From: Candidatus Methylomirabilia bacterium
GTDB lineage: Bacteria; Methylomirabilota; Methylomirabilia; Rokubacteriales; CSP1-6
Direction of reading: 5' to 3'
DNA length: 64,000 nucleotides
Assembly (NCBI GenBank): GCA_046758965.1
Contig: JBHIBG010000007.1
Location: 15,072-79,071 of the forward strand
The position numbers and the translations under genes were made by a program. The notes under the pieces were generated by a model. That model was not told the origin of the DNA. It saw only the letters and a program-made list of their open reading frames with translations, and did not search any database. The first letter of the stretch is position 1. Each line of letters starts with the position of its first letter. Below, in pieces: positions 27,966 through 37,871 of this stretch.

Positions 27966-29468
27966 ATGGAGTTCCTGGGCTGGATGTACGACATCGCGCG
28001 GGAGCAGGCCCCGCGTGAGAGGCTCCTGCTCGAGACGTTGCGCCGGTCGGGGGAGGCGGGGTACACCGCTGTCGGCCTCTACGTCGAGCACCGCTTCGCC
28101 TATCCCTCCGCGCCATGGGCGGCAGCGCCCGGCTGCCTCACGCCCGAGGCGATGCGCCGTCTGTCCGGTGCCCTGGGTGTCTCGGGCCCGCGGGTCATCC
28201 CGTTTCTCAATACGCTCGGACACATGGAGGGGTTCGTCCGCTCCGAGGGCGGGCAGTGGCTGGGCGAGGCGTCAGCCCGGGGGTCACTGCAGATTTGTCC
28301 AAGCCGTCCAGAATGCGTCGAGTTCGCCTGGAGTCTGGTTTCCGACGCGATGGGGGCGTTCGGCGACGGGTGGGTGCACATCGGGGGCGACGAGACAAGA
28401 CAACTGGGCGCGTGCCCCGCCTGCGCGGAGCGGGTGCGGTCGATCGGAAAGGCCGGATTGTACGCGGAGTACTTCGGCCGCCTCTGCCGTCGTGTGCTGG
28501 AGCGCGGGCGGCGGCCCTGCCTGTGGGGGGATCTGCTCGCGCGGCATCCCGAAGCCTTGAGCGGCATCCCGACCGAGACGGTGATCTTCGACTGGCGCTA
28601 CGACGCGGGCCCGGCGGAGACGACGCGCATCTTCCGACAACGCGGCTTCGAGGTGGTCTGCTGCCCGGCCCTGCGCAGCTACGATTCCGGATGGTGCTTT
28701 CTCGATGAGACGCGGCAGCTCATCGACGCGCACGCAGCGGATGCGCGGCGTCTGGGGGCGCTGGGCGTCCTCGTGTGCGCCTGGGAGTTCTTCGGCTTCT
28801 CCTCCCTCCCGTCGGTGCTCCCGCTGATTTTCGCAGCGGGCCGACGCCTGGCGAGGGGTGAAGGCTGGACGGCAGCGACGGCATCGGAAGGCGGGCCCGG
28901 GTACGCCGAGGCCGCGGAGATCGTGGGAAGCCGCCTTCCCGCTGCCTCGCGGTTTCTTCGTCCGGGAACGTGGCGCTCGCTCCGCGGACAGCTTGCGCTT
29001 CAGGGCGACCCGTTCGCTCTCTGGCGTGCGTGGAGGGAGGAGGCCTGCAGCGGGGCCGGCGAGGCGATTCTGCGCGACTGTGACCGAGCGGAGGCGCTCC
29101 TGCCGGAGGCCAGCCCGTTGCGATTTCCGGTCGAGCTGCACCGCGTCGCCGTGGAATGGGTGCGCCTCGTCGAAGGAGCGTACCGCCGCTATGCCGCCCG
29201 GGATGTAGCCGGGTGCGCCACCGCACTCGCTCGGGGGCGCGCGCTGCTCGGGCGCTTGCAACCCGGCCTGGAGCGCATCGCGGCGGAGGGCGGGTCAGTG
29301 GGAGATCTCCACCGGCTCGACCGCCTCCTGGAAGCGATCGATCGCGTTGCGAAGCGCCTGGGCGAGCTGCCGGGCGATGCCCCCTGGCGGCCCGCGTTCG
29401 AAGCGCTGACTCACGAGGCATTCACTCCAGGTGACCAGGCCGGGTGGCGAACGGACGGAGCGGCGTAG
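27966..29468 (+). CDS. Glycoside hydrolase family 20-like protein
   Basis: IPFLNTLGHME, HIGGDET catalytic DE pair, WGD, DWRYD. Confidence 0.7.
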   Translation: MEFLGWMYDIAREQAPRERLLLETLRRSGEAGYTAVGLYVEHRFAYPSAPWAAAPGCLTPEAMRRLSGALGVSGPRVIPFLNTLGHMEGFVRSEGGQWLGEASARGSLQICPSRPECVEFAWSLVSDAMGAFGDGWVHIGGDETRQLGACPACAERVRSIGKAGLYAEYFGRLCRRVLERGRRPCLWGDLLARHPEALSGIPTETVIFDWRYDAGPAETTRIFRQRGFEVVCCPALRSYDSGWCFLDETRQLIDAHAADARRLGALGVLVCAWEFFGFSSLPSVLPLIFAAGRRLARGEGWTAATASEGGPGYAEAAEIVGSRLPAASRFLRPGTWRSLRGQLALQGDPFALWRAWREEACSGAGEAILRDCDRAEALLPEASPLRFPVELHRVAVEWVRLVEGAYRRYAARDVAGCATALARGRALLGRLQPGLERIAAEGGSVGDLHRLDRLLEAIDRVAKRLGELPGDAPWRPAFEALTHEAFTPGDQAGWRTDGAA

Positions 29469-29528
29469 GTACTACGGTTCATCGCGCGTGCGCTTGCCAC
29501 CTCCCGACGCGCATGGCAGCAGACCCTG

Positions 29529-29557
29529 TTGAAGAGGGGTGGTTCTGGTGCTATGGT
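29529..29557 (+). promoter_or_regulatory. Putative sigma70 promoter (extended -10) of the UGSC operon
   Basis: TTGAAG, 17 nt, TATGGT preceded by TGn. Confidence 0.45.
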
Positions 29558-29590
29558 CGGATGAAATCCTGCGAGCAGAGAGGTGACCTC

Positions 29591-30133
29591 ATGAGGATCG
29601 TGCTGCCGCACATAACCTACCGGAGCGAAGGGATACGTCTGGCGCCGCGCCCGGCCACCCTCGCCGGCAAGGTTATCGGGTTCCTGGATGGATGGGGGCG
29701 CCGTGAGGAAGATGGCAGCTTCCGGATGTACCCCCTCATGGAGGAGTTGAAGGAGCTTCTGGAGCAGCGGCACGGCGCGGCTGGCGCGCTTTGGCTCAAG
29801 AAGCCGAGCATCTCCAAGCCCGCCCCCAAGGAGCAGATCGCCGAGCTGGTGGCCGAAGCTGACGTGGTCATCAACGGCGAAGCGGCATGAGGGTCCTGCA
29901 CTTACGCGTCCGTGCAAGACGCGGTGGACTTGGAGCTTCAAGGTAAGCCGACTATCACCATCTCCCATGACACCTTCGAGCGAGCGGCCCGCAACCACGC
30001 GACGGCTATGGGGCTTCCGGATCTCCTGCTCCTGGTGGAGCCAGCGCCCAAAGGCGGCAACCTCAGCAAGGAGGCTCGGGCCCTGGCTGAGCAGAACCTT
30101 GAGCGCGTGCTCGCCGCACTAACCGCACGGTAG
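29591..30133 (+). CDS. UGSC-family selenoprotein (Sec at in-frame TGA 29888-29890; 180 aa)
   Basis: Two ORF-track entries are in one frame across TGA, giving ...VVINGEAA-U-GSCTYASVQDAVDLELQGKPT...; GAGGTG RBS before ATG 29591; hairpin follows the UGA. Confidence 0.85.
29893..29929 (+). promoter_or_regulatory. Putative bacterial SECIS element
   Basis: CGCGTC (29905-10) / GACGCG (29918-23) stem, 7-nt loop CGTGCAA with G at position 2, loop starts about 20 nt after UGA; lower pairing CAC/GTG or GTCC/GGAC. Confidence 0.65.
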
Positions 30134-30179
30134 GATCCTGACCTTGCCCTCTCCCTCGGGGGGGAGGAAGGCCCTGGGG

Positions 30180-31265
30180 GTGCCGAATGTGAGGTCACCT
30201 GTTCAGGAACTCTCAGACTTCTGGGAGTGGTACGAGCTGGCATGTCAGAAGGGCTGGACAGATGGCCTTCTGGTCGCTCCTCCAACGGAAGAGCGGGTCC
30301 ACGCCACCATCGACTATTTGGGTCGCGATCCCTTGGAGGTCCTTGGTGTGGTTCCACCCAAGCACGGGCTCGCGACGATCGAACAGATTGCCGTGAACTG
30401 CACCATGGCAGGCTGCGAACCGGAGCATGTCCCGGTGGTGATCGCGGCGCTTGAGGCGATGCTGGAGCCTGAGTTCAACCTCCACGGGGTGCAATCCACG
30501 ACGAACCCCTGCGCCCCCCTGACCATCGTCAACGGGCCGATCGTCAGAGCGCTCGGCTTCAACGCCAAGGAGGGGGCCTTCGGTGGAAGCTCCCGAGCCA
30601 ATGCCTGCGTGGGCCGCGCAATCCGCCTGATCCTCTGGAACATCGGCGGCGGCATCCCAGGTGAGACCGACATGTCGACTCAGGGGCAGCCGGCCAAGTA
30701 TCTCTTCTGCGTGGCAGAGAACGAGGAGGACAGCCCCTGGGAGCCGCTTCATGTGGAGCGCGGATGCCGGCCTGAGGAGAGCGCGGTTACCGTCTTCGCC
30801 TGTCAGTCGCCGGATCCCCTTTTCGTCCCTGGCGCGGCGGAGCGCATCCTCCGGGTCATCGCCGCGACGGTTCCAACGCCGGGAGTCAACATGTTCCACA
30901 CCGCTGGCCAGTTTCTCCTCTCCTTCGGCGTCAAGCCCGCCCAGGAGCTGGCCCGGGCCGGCTACTCGAAGGCAGAAGTCAAGCGCTGGGTCTGGGAGCA
31001 CGCCCGGTATCATCTCGGACGGCTCCGTCGGAGCGGTGTCCTGGTAGAGGGCGAAGGCCACACGTACTATTGGGGTCACGGGGAGGGGGACGTTCCCGAC
31101 CTCCACACCTTGCCCGATGAGAGCAAGCTTCCCATGGTCCGCTCGCCGGAGATGATTCATCTGGCAGTGATCGGCGGGTCCTCCCAGTGGTGGGTCGGGA
31201 TGTCAGCCGGCTGGGGAAACTACGGCGGCTACGCCGTGACGAAGCCGATCCGACTTCCCGGCTGA
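30180..31265 (+). CDS. Conserved protein typically partnered with UGSC proteins; function unknown
   Basis: GWTDGLLVAPPTEERV, AVNCTMAGC, NGPI, RANACVGRAIRL, CVAENEEDSPWEPLH; GGAGG upstream of GTG 30180. Confidence 0.75.
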   Translation: MPNVRSPVQELSDFWEWYELACQKGWTDGLLVAPPTEERVHATIDYLGRDPLEVLGVVPPKHGLATIEQIAVNCTMAGCEPEHVPVVIAALEAMLEPEFNLHGVQSTTNPCAPLTIVNGPIVRALGFNAKEGAFGGSSRANACVGRAIRLILWNIGGGIPGETDMSTQGQPAKYLFCVAENEEDSPWEPLHVERGCRPEESAVTVFACQSPDPLFVPGAAERILRVIAATVPTPGVNMFHTAGQFLLSFGVKPAQELARAGYSKAEVKRWVWEHARYHLGRLRRSGVLVEGEGHTYYWGHGEGDVPDLHTLPDESKLPMVRSPEMIHLAVIGGSSQWWVGMSAGWGNYGGYAVTKPIRLPG

Positions 31266-31335
31266 TCAGGCGCATCCTCGCGCGGTTTGGCGTTATCCCG
31301 GGGAGCGAGGGCCTTACAGTCAGTTGGAGGGAAAG

Positions 31336-34035
31336 ATGCCGGACGACTATTTCACGTGGAGCGCGGAGACCTTCCGGATAGATCGCATCTTCGCCAAGCC
31401 CGAAGCGCTCAGGGGGATCCGGGTCCTGGAGCTGGCGACCTTGATCTTGGGACCGGCCACCCCGGCGTACCTGGCCGAGTTCGGCGCCGAGGTGATCAAA
31501 GTCGAGCTGCCGGGGGTGGGAGACACGATGCGCTCGCTCACTCCGCGCGCCCGCTTCTGGAAGAACGCGGCCCTGGGCTGGCTCAGCGAGGCCCGGAACA
31601 AGTACCACGTGGCCATCGACGTGAGGAAGCCGGAGGGGCAAGCCCTCTTCCGGTCCCTGGCGGCCCAGTCCGACGTCCTCGTCGAGAACCTCCGCGCCGG
31701 GACCATGGAGGAAAAGTGGGGGATCGGCTACCGCCAGCTCTCCGCCATCAACCCGCGCCTCATCTACGTCGCCAACTCCGGCTTTGGGCAGTGGGGTCCC
31801 TTCTCCCGGGGCCGCGCCTCCTACGATGCCATTGCCCAGTCGGTGAGCGGGATGGCAGCCATCACCGGGTTCGCTGAGCGCGATCCTCTGAAGAGCGGAA
31901 TCTGGATCGGCGACTACTTCGGTGCGCTCATGTCGGCGGTGGCGGTCCTGGCGGCGCTCCACTATCGGGATCGAACGGGGAAAGGGCAGTTCATCGACTT
32001 TGCCCAATCAGAGAATCTGATTCGCGCGCTCGACTGGACCTGGGTCTATCACGGCCTCACCGGTCAGAGCCGCGGCCGCCACGGCAACTGCGACGTGGCG
32101 GTGTCACCCTCGAGCTTTTTCGCGTGCCGGGACGGGATGGTGGCGATCGCTGCCCCTCACGATGAGGCCTTCCGGGGGCTCTGCGAAGCCATGGGCCGAC
32201 CCGAGCTGGCCGAGGACCCCCGGTTCTCCACCCAGCTCGAGCGCCTGAAGGAAGAGAACATCGCCGCCCTCCTCAAGCTCATCGCCGAGTGGGCGAGCGA
32301 CAAAGCCAGGGGGGAGGTGGATGAGCTGGGAAGCCGCTACGCTTTTGCGGCCGCTCCGGTGGCGAACGCGGAAGATCACTACCGCGACGTTCACCTCCGG
32401 AAGCGGGGCTCAGTCTGGAAGCTCGACGACCCCATCTACGGCTCCGTGGTGGAGTACGGCCCGGTCCCCAAGCTCTCGGAAACTCCGGGACGGCTTAAGT
32501 GGGCCGGCAAGCTCGTGGGGCAAGACAACCGGCTCATCTTGACGCGGGTCCTCGGCCTGAGCCCGGAGGAGATCCAGCCCCTCGAGGCCCGGGGCATTAT
32601 CGGCAAGTGGAGCGACATGATCGGCCGGAAGCCTCCGGAGGGGTGGACAGACTCTGAGGAGGATTCCGCGAGTGCTTCACCCCTATCCCCGAGGCGTGAG
32701 GCCCCCTGGCCAATGCCAACAACGGCCTCGGTGAATGACCCGCCGCCCTGGACTGTCTGGGCGAAGGCGGCCACTGACCCGGCTCGGGCCTTCGACAAGC
32801 CCGAAGCTTTGGAGGGCATTCGAGTCCTGGATTGCTCGTACGGAAGCCTGGCCGGCTGTTTCTGCTCGTCGGTCCTGGCCGAGTTCGGGGCTGAGGTGAT
32901 CCGAATCGAGCCTCCGGAGGGCGACCTGGCGCGGCGGTTCACCCCGTTTGGCCTGCTTCATCAGGGGACCGGGCTCGGCTATCTGGTCGAGGGACGAAAC
33001 AAGCACCATGTGACCCTCAATCTCAGGCATCCCGGAGGCCAGGCGCTCCTCCGGACGCTCGCACAGAACGCCGATATCCTCATCGAGACCTTTCTCCCCG
33101 GCACGATGGATGCCTGGGGGATCGGCTACCGCCAGCTCCGCGAGGTGAACCCCCGTCTCATTTATTGCGCGCTCTCAACCTACGGCCAGTTCGGCCCCAG
33201 GGCGGCATGCGGGAAGCCGCCAGCCGAGGTCGTTGACCAGGCCCTGTCCGGGGTCTCCTACTTCACGGGTGAGTCGGACCTGGACGTGGGGCCGGCCGCC
33301 TACGCGGTGCCGACCAAGCAGGGGAACTGGCATGGCTGGTACGCAGGAGGCGGCTACGGAGCGTTCGCGACCCTGCTGGCCCTCCATCACCGCGTCCTCA
33401 CCCTAGAGGGGCAGCTCATCGATGTCTCCCCCGCGGAGGCCGCGATGCGCTTTGCCGACTACAACTGCCTCTGGTACCACGCCGAGGGGAAAAACCGGGA
33501 GCGCGTGGGGAACCTCGACATGGCGGTCTTTCCCTACACCTACTTCAGGTGCAAGGATGGCTTCGCGTTCATCGCCGGTTTCTCCGACGTCAACTGGGCG
33601 GCCCTCACCACGATCATGGGCCGGCCTGACCTCCGCGAGCGTTACCCGACGATCTTCCAGCGCCTCGAGCACGAGAAGGAGAAGGAGATTTACCGCGAGC
33701 TGGAGTCCTGGGCCACCAACTACAGCTCGGAGGAGATTCTGGAGATGGTCCAGAACTACAGAGGCAAAGGGGTGGTGGCCACCGGCCGAATCAACGAGCC
33801 GAAGGAGACCCTTGCCGAGGAGAACTGGTGGGAGCGGGGGGTCTTTCAGCGGATCCAGGACCCGTACTACGGCGAGCTACTCGTCCAGAATCCACCGTGG
33901 AAGATGACCGAGACCCCGCCGCGGGTCAAGTGGGTCTGCCGGCCGGTCGGCGCTGACAATGAAGAGATCTACGCCAAACGGTTCGGCTTGGATTCCGCTT
34001 CCCAGAAAGCCCTTCAGGCGGAGGGGGTGCTGTGA
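31336..34035 (+). CDS. Family III CoA-transferase, fused A+B two-domain protein
   Basis: Two CaiB/BaiF repeats (KPEALRGIRVLE... and KPEALEGIRVLD...) in one ORF; first has WIGDYFG, second has WHGWYAG. Confidence 0.88.
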   Translation: MPDDYFTWSAETFRIDRIFAKPEALRGIRVLELATLILGPATPAYLAEFGAEVIKVELPGVGDTMRSLTPRARFWKNAALGWLSEARNKYHVAIDVRKPEGQALFRSLAAQSDVLVENLRAGTMEEKWGIGYRQLSAINPRLIYVANSGFGQWGPFSRGRASYDAIAQSVSGMAAITGFAERDPLKSGIWIGDYFGALMSAVAVLAALHYRDRTGKGQFIDFAQSENLIRALDWTWVYHGLTGQSRGRHGNCDVAVSPSSFFACRDGMVAIAAPHDEAFRGLCEAMGRPELAEDPRFSTQLERLKEENIAALLKLIAEWASDKARGEVDELGSRYAFAAAPVANAEDHYRDVHLRKRGSVWKLDDPIYGSVVEYGPVPKLSETPGRLKWAGKLVGQDNRLILTRVLGLSPEEIQPLEARGIIGKWSDMIGRKPPEGWTDSEEDSASASPLSPRREAPWPMPTTASVNDPPPWTVWAKAATDPARAFDKPEALEGIRVLDCSYGSLAGCFCSSVLAEFGAEVIRIEPPEGDLARRFTPFGLLHQGTGLGYLVEGRNKHHVTLNLRHPGGQALLRTLAQNADILIETFLPGTMDAWGIGYRQLREVNPRLIYCALSTYGQFGPRAACGKPPAEVVDQALSGVSYFTGESDLDVGPAAYAVPTKQGNWHGWYAGGGYGAFATLLALHHRVLTLEGQLIDVSPAEAAMRFADYNCLWYHAEGKNRERVGNLDMAVFPYTYFRCKDGFAFIAGFSDVNWAALTTIMGRPDLRERYPTIFQRLEHEKEKEIYRELESWATNYSSEEILEMVQNYRGKGVVATGRINEPKETLAEENWWERGVFQRIQDPYYGELLVQNPPWKMTETPPRVKWVCRPVGADNEEIYAKRFGLDSASQKALQAEGVL

Positions 34036-35381
34036 AATCCGATCCGACGCAGGCTGACTACCTCACCTGGACGAGGGAAGCGTTCCGGCGCGATCGGATC
34101 TTCGCCAAGCCCGAAGCTCTCAGCGGGCTCCGCATTCTGGAGCTGGCCACCCTGATCCTCGGTCCCGTCACGCCTTCCTTCCTGGCCGAGTTCGGAGCTG
34201 AAGTGATCAAGGTTGAGCTGCCGGGCATCGGCGACCCGCTCCGCTCCATCACTCCCCGGGCGCGCTTCTGGAAGAACGCGGCGCTGGCCTGGCTCAACGA
34301 GGCTCGGAACAAGTACCACGTGGCCTTTGATGTCCGAGCCCCGGAGGGGCAGGCCCTGTTCAAGGCCCTGGCCGCCAAGTCCGACGTCGTCGTGGAGAAT
34401 TTCAAGGCCGGGACGATGGAGGCCAAGTGGGGGATCGGCTACCGGCAGCTCCGGGAGCTGAATCCCCGCCTCATCTACGTGGCCAACACCGGGTTCGGGC
34501 AGTGGGGCTCGTTCTCCCAGGGCCGGGCCTCCTACGATGCGATCGCCCAGTCGGTGAGCAGCATGGCGACCATCACCGGCTTTCCGGAGCGGGACCCGGT
34601 CAAATCCGGGGCCTGGATTGGCGACTACTTCGGGGCCCTCATGTCAGCCGTGGCCGTGCTGGTCGCGCTCCATTGGCGGGACCGGACCGGCGAGGGGCAG
34701 TTCATCGACCTCGCGCAGTCCGAAAGCCTGATCCGCGCGCTCGACTGGACCTGGGTTCATCACGCTCTGACCGGAGAGAGCCGGAGCCGCTATGGGAACC
34801 GGGATGTGGCGATCGCGCCCTCGGACATCGTGCGATGCCGCGATGGAATGGCTGCCGTTGCGGCGCCCTCCGATGACGCCTTCAGGGGTCTCTGCCAGGC
34901 CATGGGCCGCCCCGAGCTCGCCGAGGATCCGCGCTTCTCCACCCAGCTCGAGCGGTTGAAGGAAGAGCACGCGAAGGCTCTCGTCGCCCTCATCGCCGAG
35001 TGGGCGAGGGACAGGACGGTGGGGGAGGTAGATGCCCTCGGAGGCCGCTTCGGCTTTGCCTCGGCTCCGGTGCAAACCTCCCGCGATCACTACCATGACC
35101 CTCACCTCCGCGAGCGAGGGGCGGTCTGGCAGCTCGACGACCCCATCTACGGCGAGGTGGTGGAGTACGGCCCGGTTCCGAAGCTCTCCGACACCCCCGG
35201 GAGGCTCAAGTGGGCAGGGAAGCCCGTCGGCCTGGACAACGACTATGTCCTGACGGCGATCCTCGGCCTCTCCCGGGAAGAGATCGAGAAGCTCGAGGCG
35301 AAAGGCGTCATCGGGAGGTGGAACGACGCGATCGGCCGGAAGCCTCCCGAGGGATGGGCAGGAGAGGGGAGGATTTTTTGA
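34032..35381 (+). CDS. Family III CoA-transferase, A-type subunit
   Basis: Close paralog of the N-terminal half of 31336-34035; WIGDYFG; GTGA overlap. Confidence 0.88.
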   Translation: MKSDPTQADYLTWTREAFRRDRIFAKPEALSGLRILELATLILGPVTPSFLAEFGAEVIKVELPGIGDPLRSITPRARFWKNAALAWLNEARNKYHVAFDVRAPEGQALFKALAAKSDVVVENFKAGTMEAKWGIGYRQLRELNPRLIYVANTGFGQWGSFSQGRASYDAIAQSVSSMATITGFPERDPVKSGAWIGDYFGALMSAVAVLVALHWRDRTGEGQFIDLAQSESLIRALDWTWVHHALTGESRSRYGNRDVAIAPSDIVRCRDGMAAVAAPSDDAFRGLCQAMGRPELAEDPRFSTQLERLKEEHAKALVALIAEWARDRTVGEVDALGGRFGFASAPVQTSRDHYHDPHLRERGAVWQLDDPIYGEVVEYGPVPKLSDTPGRLKWAGKPVGLDNDYVLTAILGLSREEIEKLEAKGVIGRWNDAIGRKPPEGWAGEGRIF

Positions 35382-36709
35382 AGCCGGGCGGCCGAGTGGG
35401 TGGGGGGCCGGATCGTCCGGAACAAGCGTGGGCCGAGTGGGCACAGGCGGCAACGGATCCCACCAACGCCAAGGAGAAGCCCGAAGCCCTCGATGATCTT
35501 CTGGTGCTGGACTGCTCTTACGGGAGCCTGGCCGGCAGCTTCTGCTCCTCCCTTCTGGCGGAGTTTGGAGCCGAGGTGATCCGGTTCGAGCCCCCCGAAG
35601 GCGACCTCGCTCGGCACTTCACCCCCTGGGGGCTCCTCCAAGAGGGGACCGGACTCGGGTACCTCCCCGAGGGGCGAAACAAATTTCATGTCACGCTGAA
35701 CCTCAGGCACGCCGAGGGACAGGAGCTGTTTCGGGCCTTGGCCCGTCGCGCGGACGTGCTGATCGAGACCTTCCTTCCGGGGATGATGGAGGGCTGGGGG
35801 ATCGGCTACCGGCAGCTCCGGGAGCTGAATCCCCGCCTGCTGTACTGCGCTGTCTACACGTACGGCCAGTTCGGCTCCAAGGCCGCCTCGGGCAAGCCCC
35901 CGGCCGATGTCGTGGATCAGGCGCTCTCCGGGATCACCTCCTTCACCGGTGAGCCGGAGCCAGCCGAGGGGCCGGCTCCGTACGCGGTCCCGACCAGGCA
36001 GGGGAGCTGGTTCGGCTGGTACGCTGGCGGGGCCTACGCCGCTTTCGGGACCCTCGTGGCGCTCCGCTATCGTCGTCTCACGGGCCAGGGACAGTTCCTG
36101 GACGTTTCTCCGGCAGAGGCGGCGATGCGCTTTGCGGACTTCAACTGCCTCTGGTACCACGCCGAGGGGCAGAGCCGGGAGCGCCTGGGGAACCTGGACA
36201 TTGCCGTCTACCCCTACACCTACTTCCGCTGCAAGCGCGGGTTTGTCTTCATCGCCGGCTTTCTGGACCCCAACTGGGCTGCCTTGACTGAGATCATGGG
36301 CCGACCAGACCTCCGGGATCGCTACCCCACGATCCGGCGACGCCTGGAACATGCCAGGGAGATCCATCCCGAGATCGAGGCCTGGACCGCGAGGCACACC
36401 TTCGAGGAGATCCTCGACCAGGTGCAGCGCTATCAGGGCGGAGGAGTCGTGGCCACGGGACCGGTCAACGAGCCTCGGGAGACGGTGGCCGAGGCTCACT
36501 GGTGGGAGCGGGGGGTGTTCCAGCGCTTCCGGGATCCTTACTACGGCGAGATGCTGATCCAGAACCCGCCCTGGAAGATGACCGCCACCCCACCACGGGT
36601 AAAGTGGCTCTGCCGGCCTGTGGGGGCGGACACCGCGGCGATCTACGGAAAGTATCTCGGCCTCGGTCCCTCCCGGCTTGCGACCCTCAGGGACTCTGGA
36701 GTGGTCTGA
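35378..36709 (+). CDS. Family III CoA-transferase, B-type subunit
   Basis: Close paralog of the C-terminal half of the fusion; SWFGWYAG; TTGA overlap start assumed. Confidence 0.85.
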   Translation: MKPGGRVGGGPDRPEQAWAEWAQAATDPTNAKEKPEALDDLLVLDCSYGSLAGSFCSSLLAEFGAEVIRFEPPEGDLARHFTPWGLLQEGTGLGYLPEGRNKFHVTLNLRHAEGQELFRALARRADVLIETFLPGMMEGWGIGYRQLRELNPRLLYCAVYTYGQFGSKAASGKPPADVVDQALSGITSFTGEPEPAEGPAPYAVPTRQGSWFGWYAGGAYAAFGTLVALRYRRLTGQGQFLDVSPAEAAMRFADFNCLWYHAEGQSRERLGNLDIAVYPYTYFRCKRGFVFIAGFLDPNWAALTEIMGRPDLRDRYPTIRRRLEHAREIHPEIEAWTARHTFEEILDQVQRYQGGGVVATGPVNEPRETVAEAHWWERGVFQRFRDPYYGEMLIQNPPWKMTATPPRVKWLCRPVGADTAAIYGKYLGLGPSRLATLRDSGVV

Positions 36710-36729
36710 GCGGGGGGGCCAGGTCGTTC

Positions 36730-36758
36730 TTGACAAACCCCCATCACCTCGCTACCCT
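36730..36758 (+). promoter_or_regulatory. Putative sigma70 promoter for TRAP genes
   Basis: TTGACA, 17 nt, TACCCT. Confidence 0.45.
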
Positions 36759-36851
36759 CTCACCACGCTCCGGCCGAGGCAGAGGCTCCCCGCGGCACGG
36801 CGCGGGGTTACGCACTCTCCGAGGACCGGACTCGACAGAGGAGGAACCACC

Positions 36852-37865
36852 ATGAACAAGAAGTTGTTCGGGGTTCTCATCGTTTCATTGGCGCTGCTGG
36901 TTTCAGGGGTGCTGCCAGCTTTTGCCGAAACCATGACCTGGAAAGTTGTGGGGCTCAACCGCGCCACCCCCCAATTCAAGCCATGGGAATGGTTCGCAGC
37001 GGAGCTGGAGAAGCGAACCAAGGGGCAGATAAAGGTGAATCTGGTGAGCCTGCCCGAGCTAGGGCTGACCGGCTTTGAGCTGGTACGGGTGATCAAAGCG
37101 GGCTTGGTCGACGTCGCTGACATCCTGCCCACCTATGTCGCCGGGGACGTGCCGATCATCGAGGGGGTCGACCTGGTGGGGCTCTTCCCCGATTTTGACA
37201 CGTCCGTGAAGGCCCACGATGCCTTCATGCCAGTGTTGAGCAAGCATCTGGCGAAGATCGCCGGTGGGGTGGTCATCGGGGTCTACTACTGGCCTCACCA
37301 GGTGATGTGGAGCCGTAAGCCGGTCCGGAGCCTGAACGACTTGAAGGGAATGAAGGTCCGGGTCTACGGCACCGCGCAGACAGAGTTCCTGAAGGCGCTC
37401 GGCGCCGTGCCGGTCTCCATCGCCTTTGCCGAGGTGTACACGGCGCTGGAGCGGGGCACCGTGGATGCGGCCATTACGGGAACCTATTCGGGATATGCCT
37501 TGAAGTGGTACGAGGTCAGCAAGTACCAGATTGAGATGAACCTGGGGCCTGTGATCGGAACCCTGACCGTGAGCAAGCGGACCTGGGACAAGCTCACCCC
37601 GGGGCTCAAGGCCACGCTGAACCAGCTTGGAAAAGAGTTCACCGAGAGGGGGACGGAGGTCGGCCGGCGAACCTCTCAGCTCGGTATCGACGAGTCTGCA
37701 AAGAAGGGAATTGAGTATGTCAATCTGGGACCGAAGTTTCTCAAGGGCACTCGGAAGGCTGTCATCAACGCCGTGATCCCGGGGTGGGTGAGGCGGGCCG
37801 GGCCGGAGGCCAAGCCCGTGTTCAACCAGTACATCGCGCCATATGCAGGATACAAGATTCCCTGA
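36852..37865 (+). CDS. dctP: TRAP transporter substrate-binding protein
   Basis: Signal peptide ending PAFA; DLKGMKVRV, FAEVYTALERGTVDA, WYEVSKY; GAGGAGG RBS. Confidence 0.9.
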   Translation: MNKKLFGVLIVSLALLVSGVLPAFAETMTWKVVGLNRATPQFKPWEWFAAELEKRTKGQIKVNLVSLPELGLTGFELVRVIKAGLVDVADILPTYVAGDVPIIEGVDLVGLFPDFDTSVKAHDAFMPVLSKHLAKIAGGVVIGVYYWPHQVMWSRKPVRSLNDLKGMKVRVYGTAQTEFLKALGAVPVSIAFAEVYTALERGTVDAAITGTYSGYALKWYEVSKYQIEMNLGPVIGTLTVSKRTWDKLTPGLKATLNQLGKEFTERGTEVGRRTSQLGIDESAKKGIEYVNLGPKFLKGTRKAVINAVIPGWVRRAGPEAKPVFNQYIAPYAGYKIP

Positions 37866-37871
37866 AGGCCG

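Noticed and set aside
29912..30133. Separate 73-aa gene as given in the ORF track
   Set aside because: Better explained as the C-terminal part of the UGA read-through selenoprotein.
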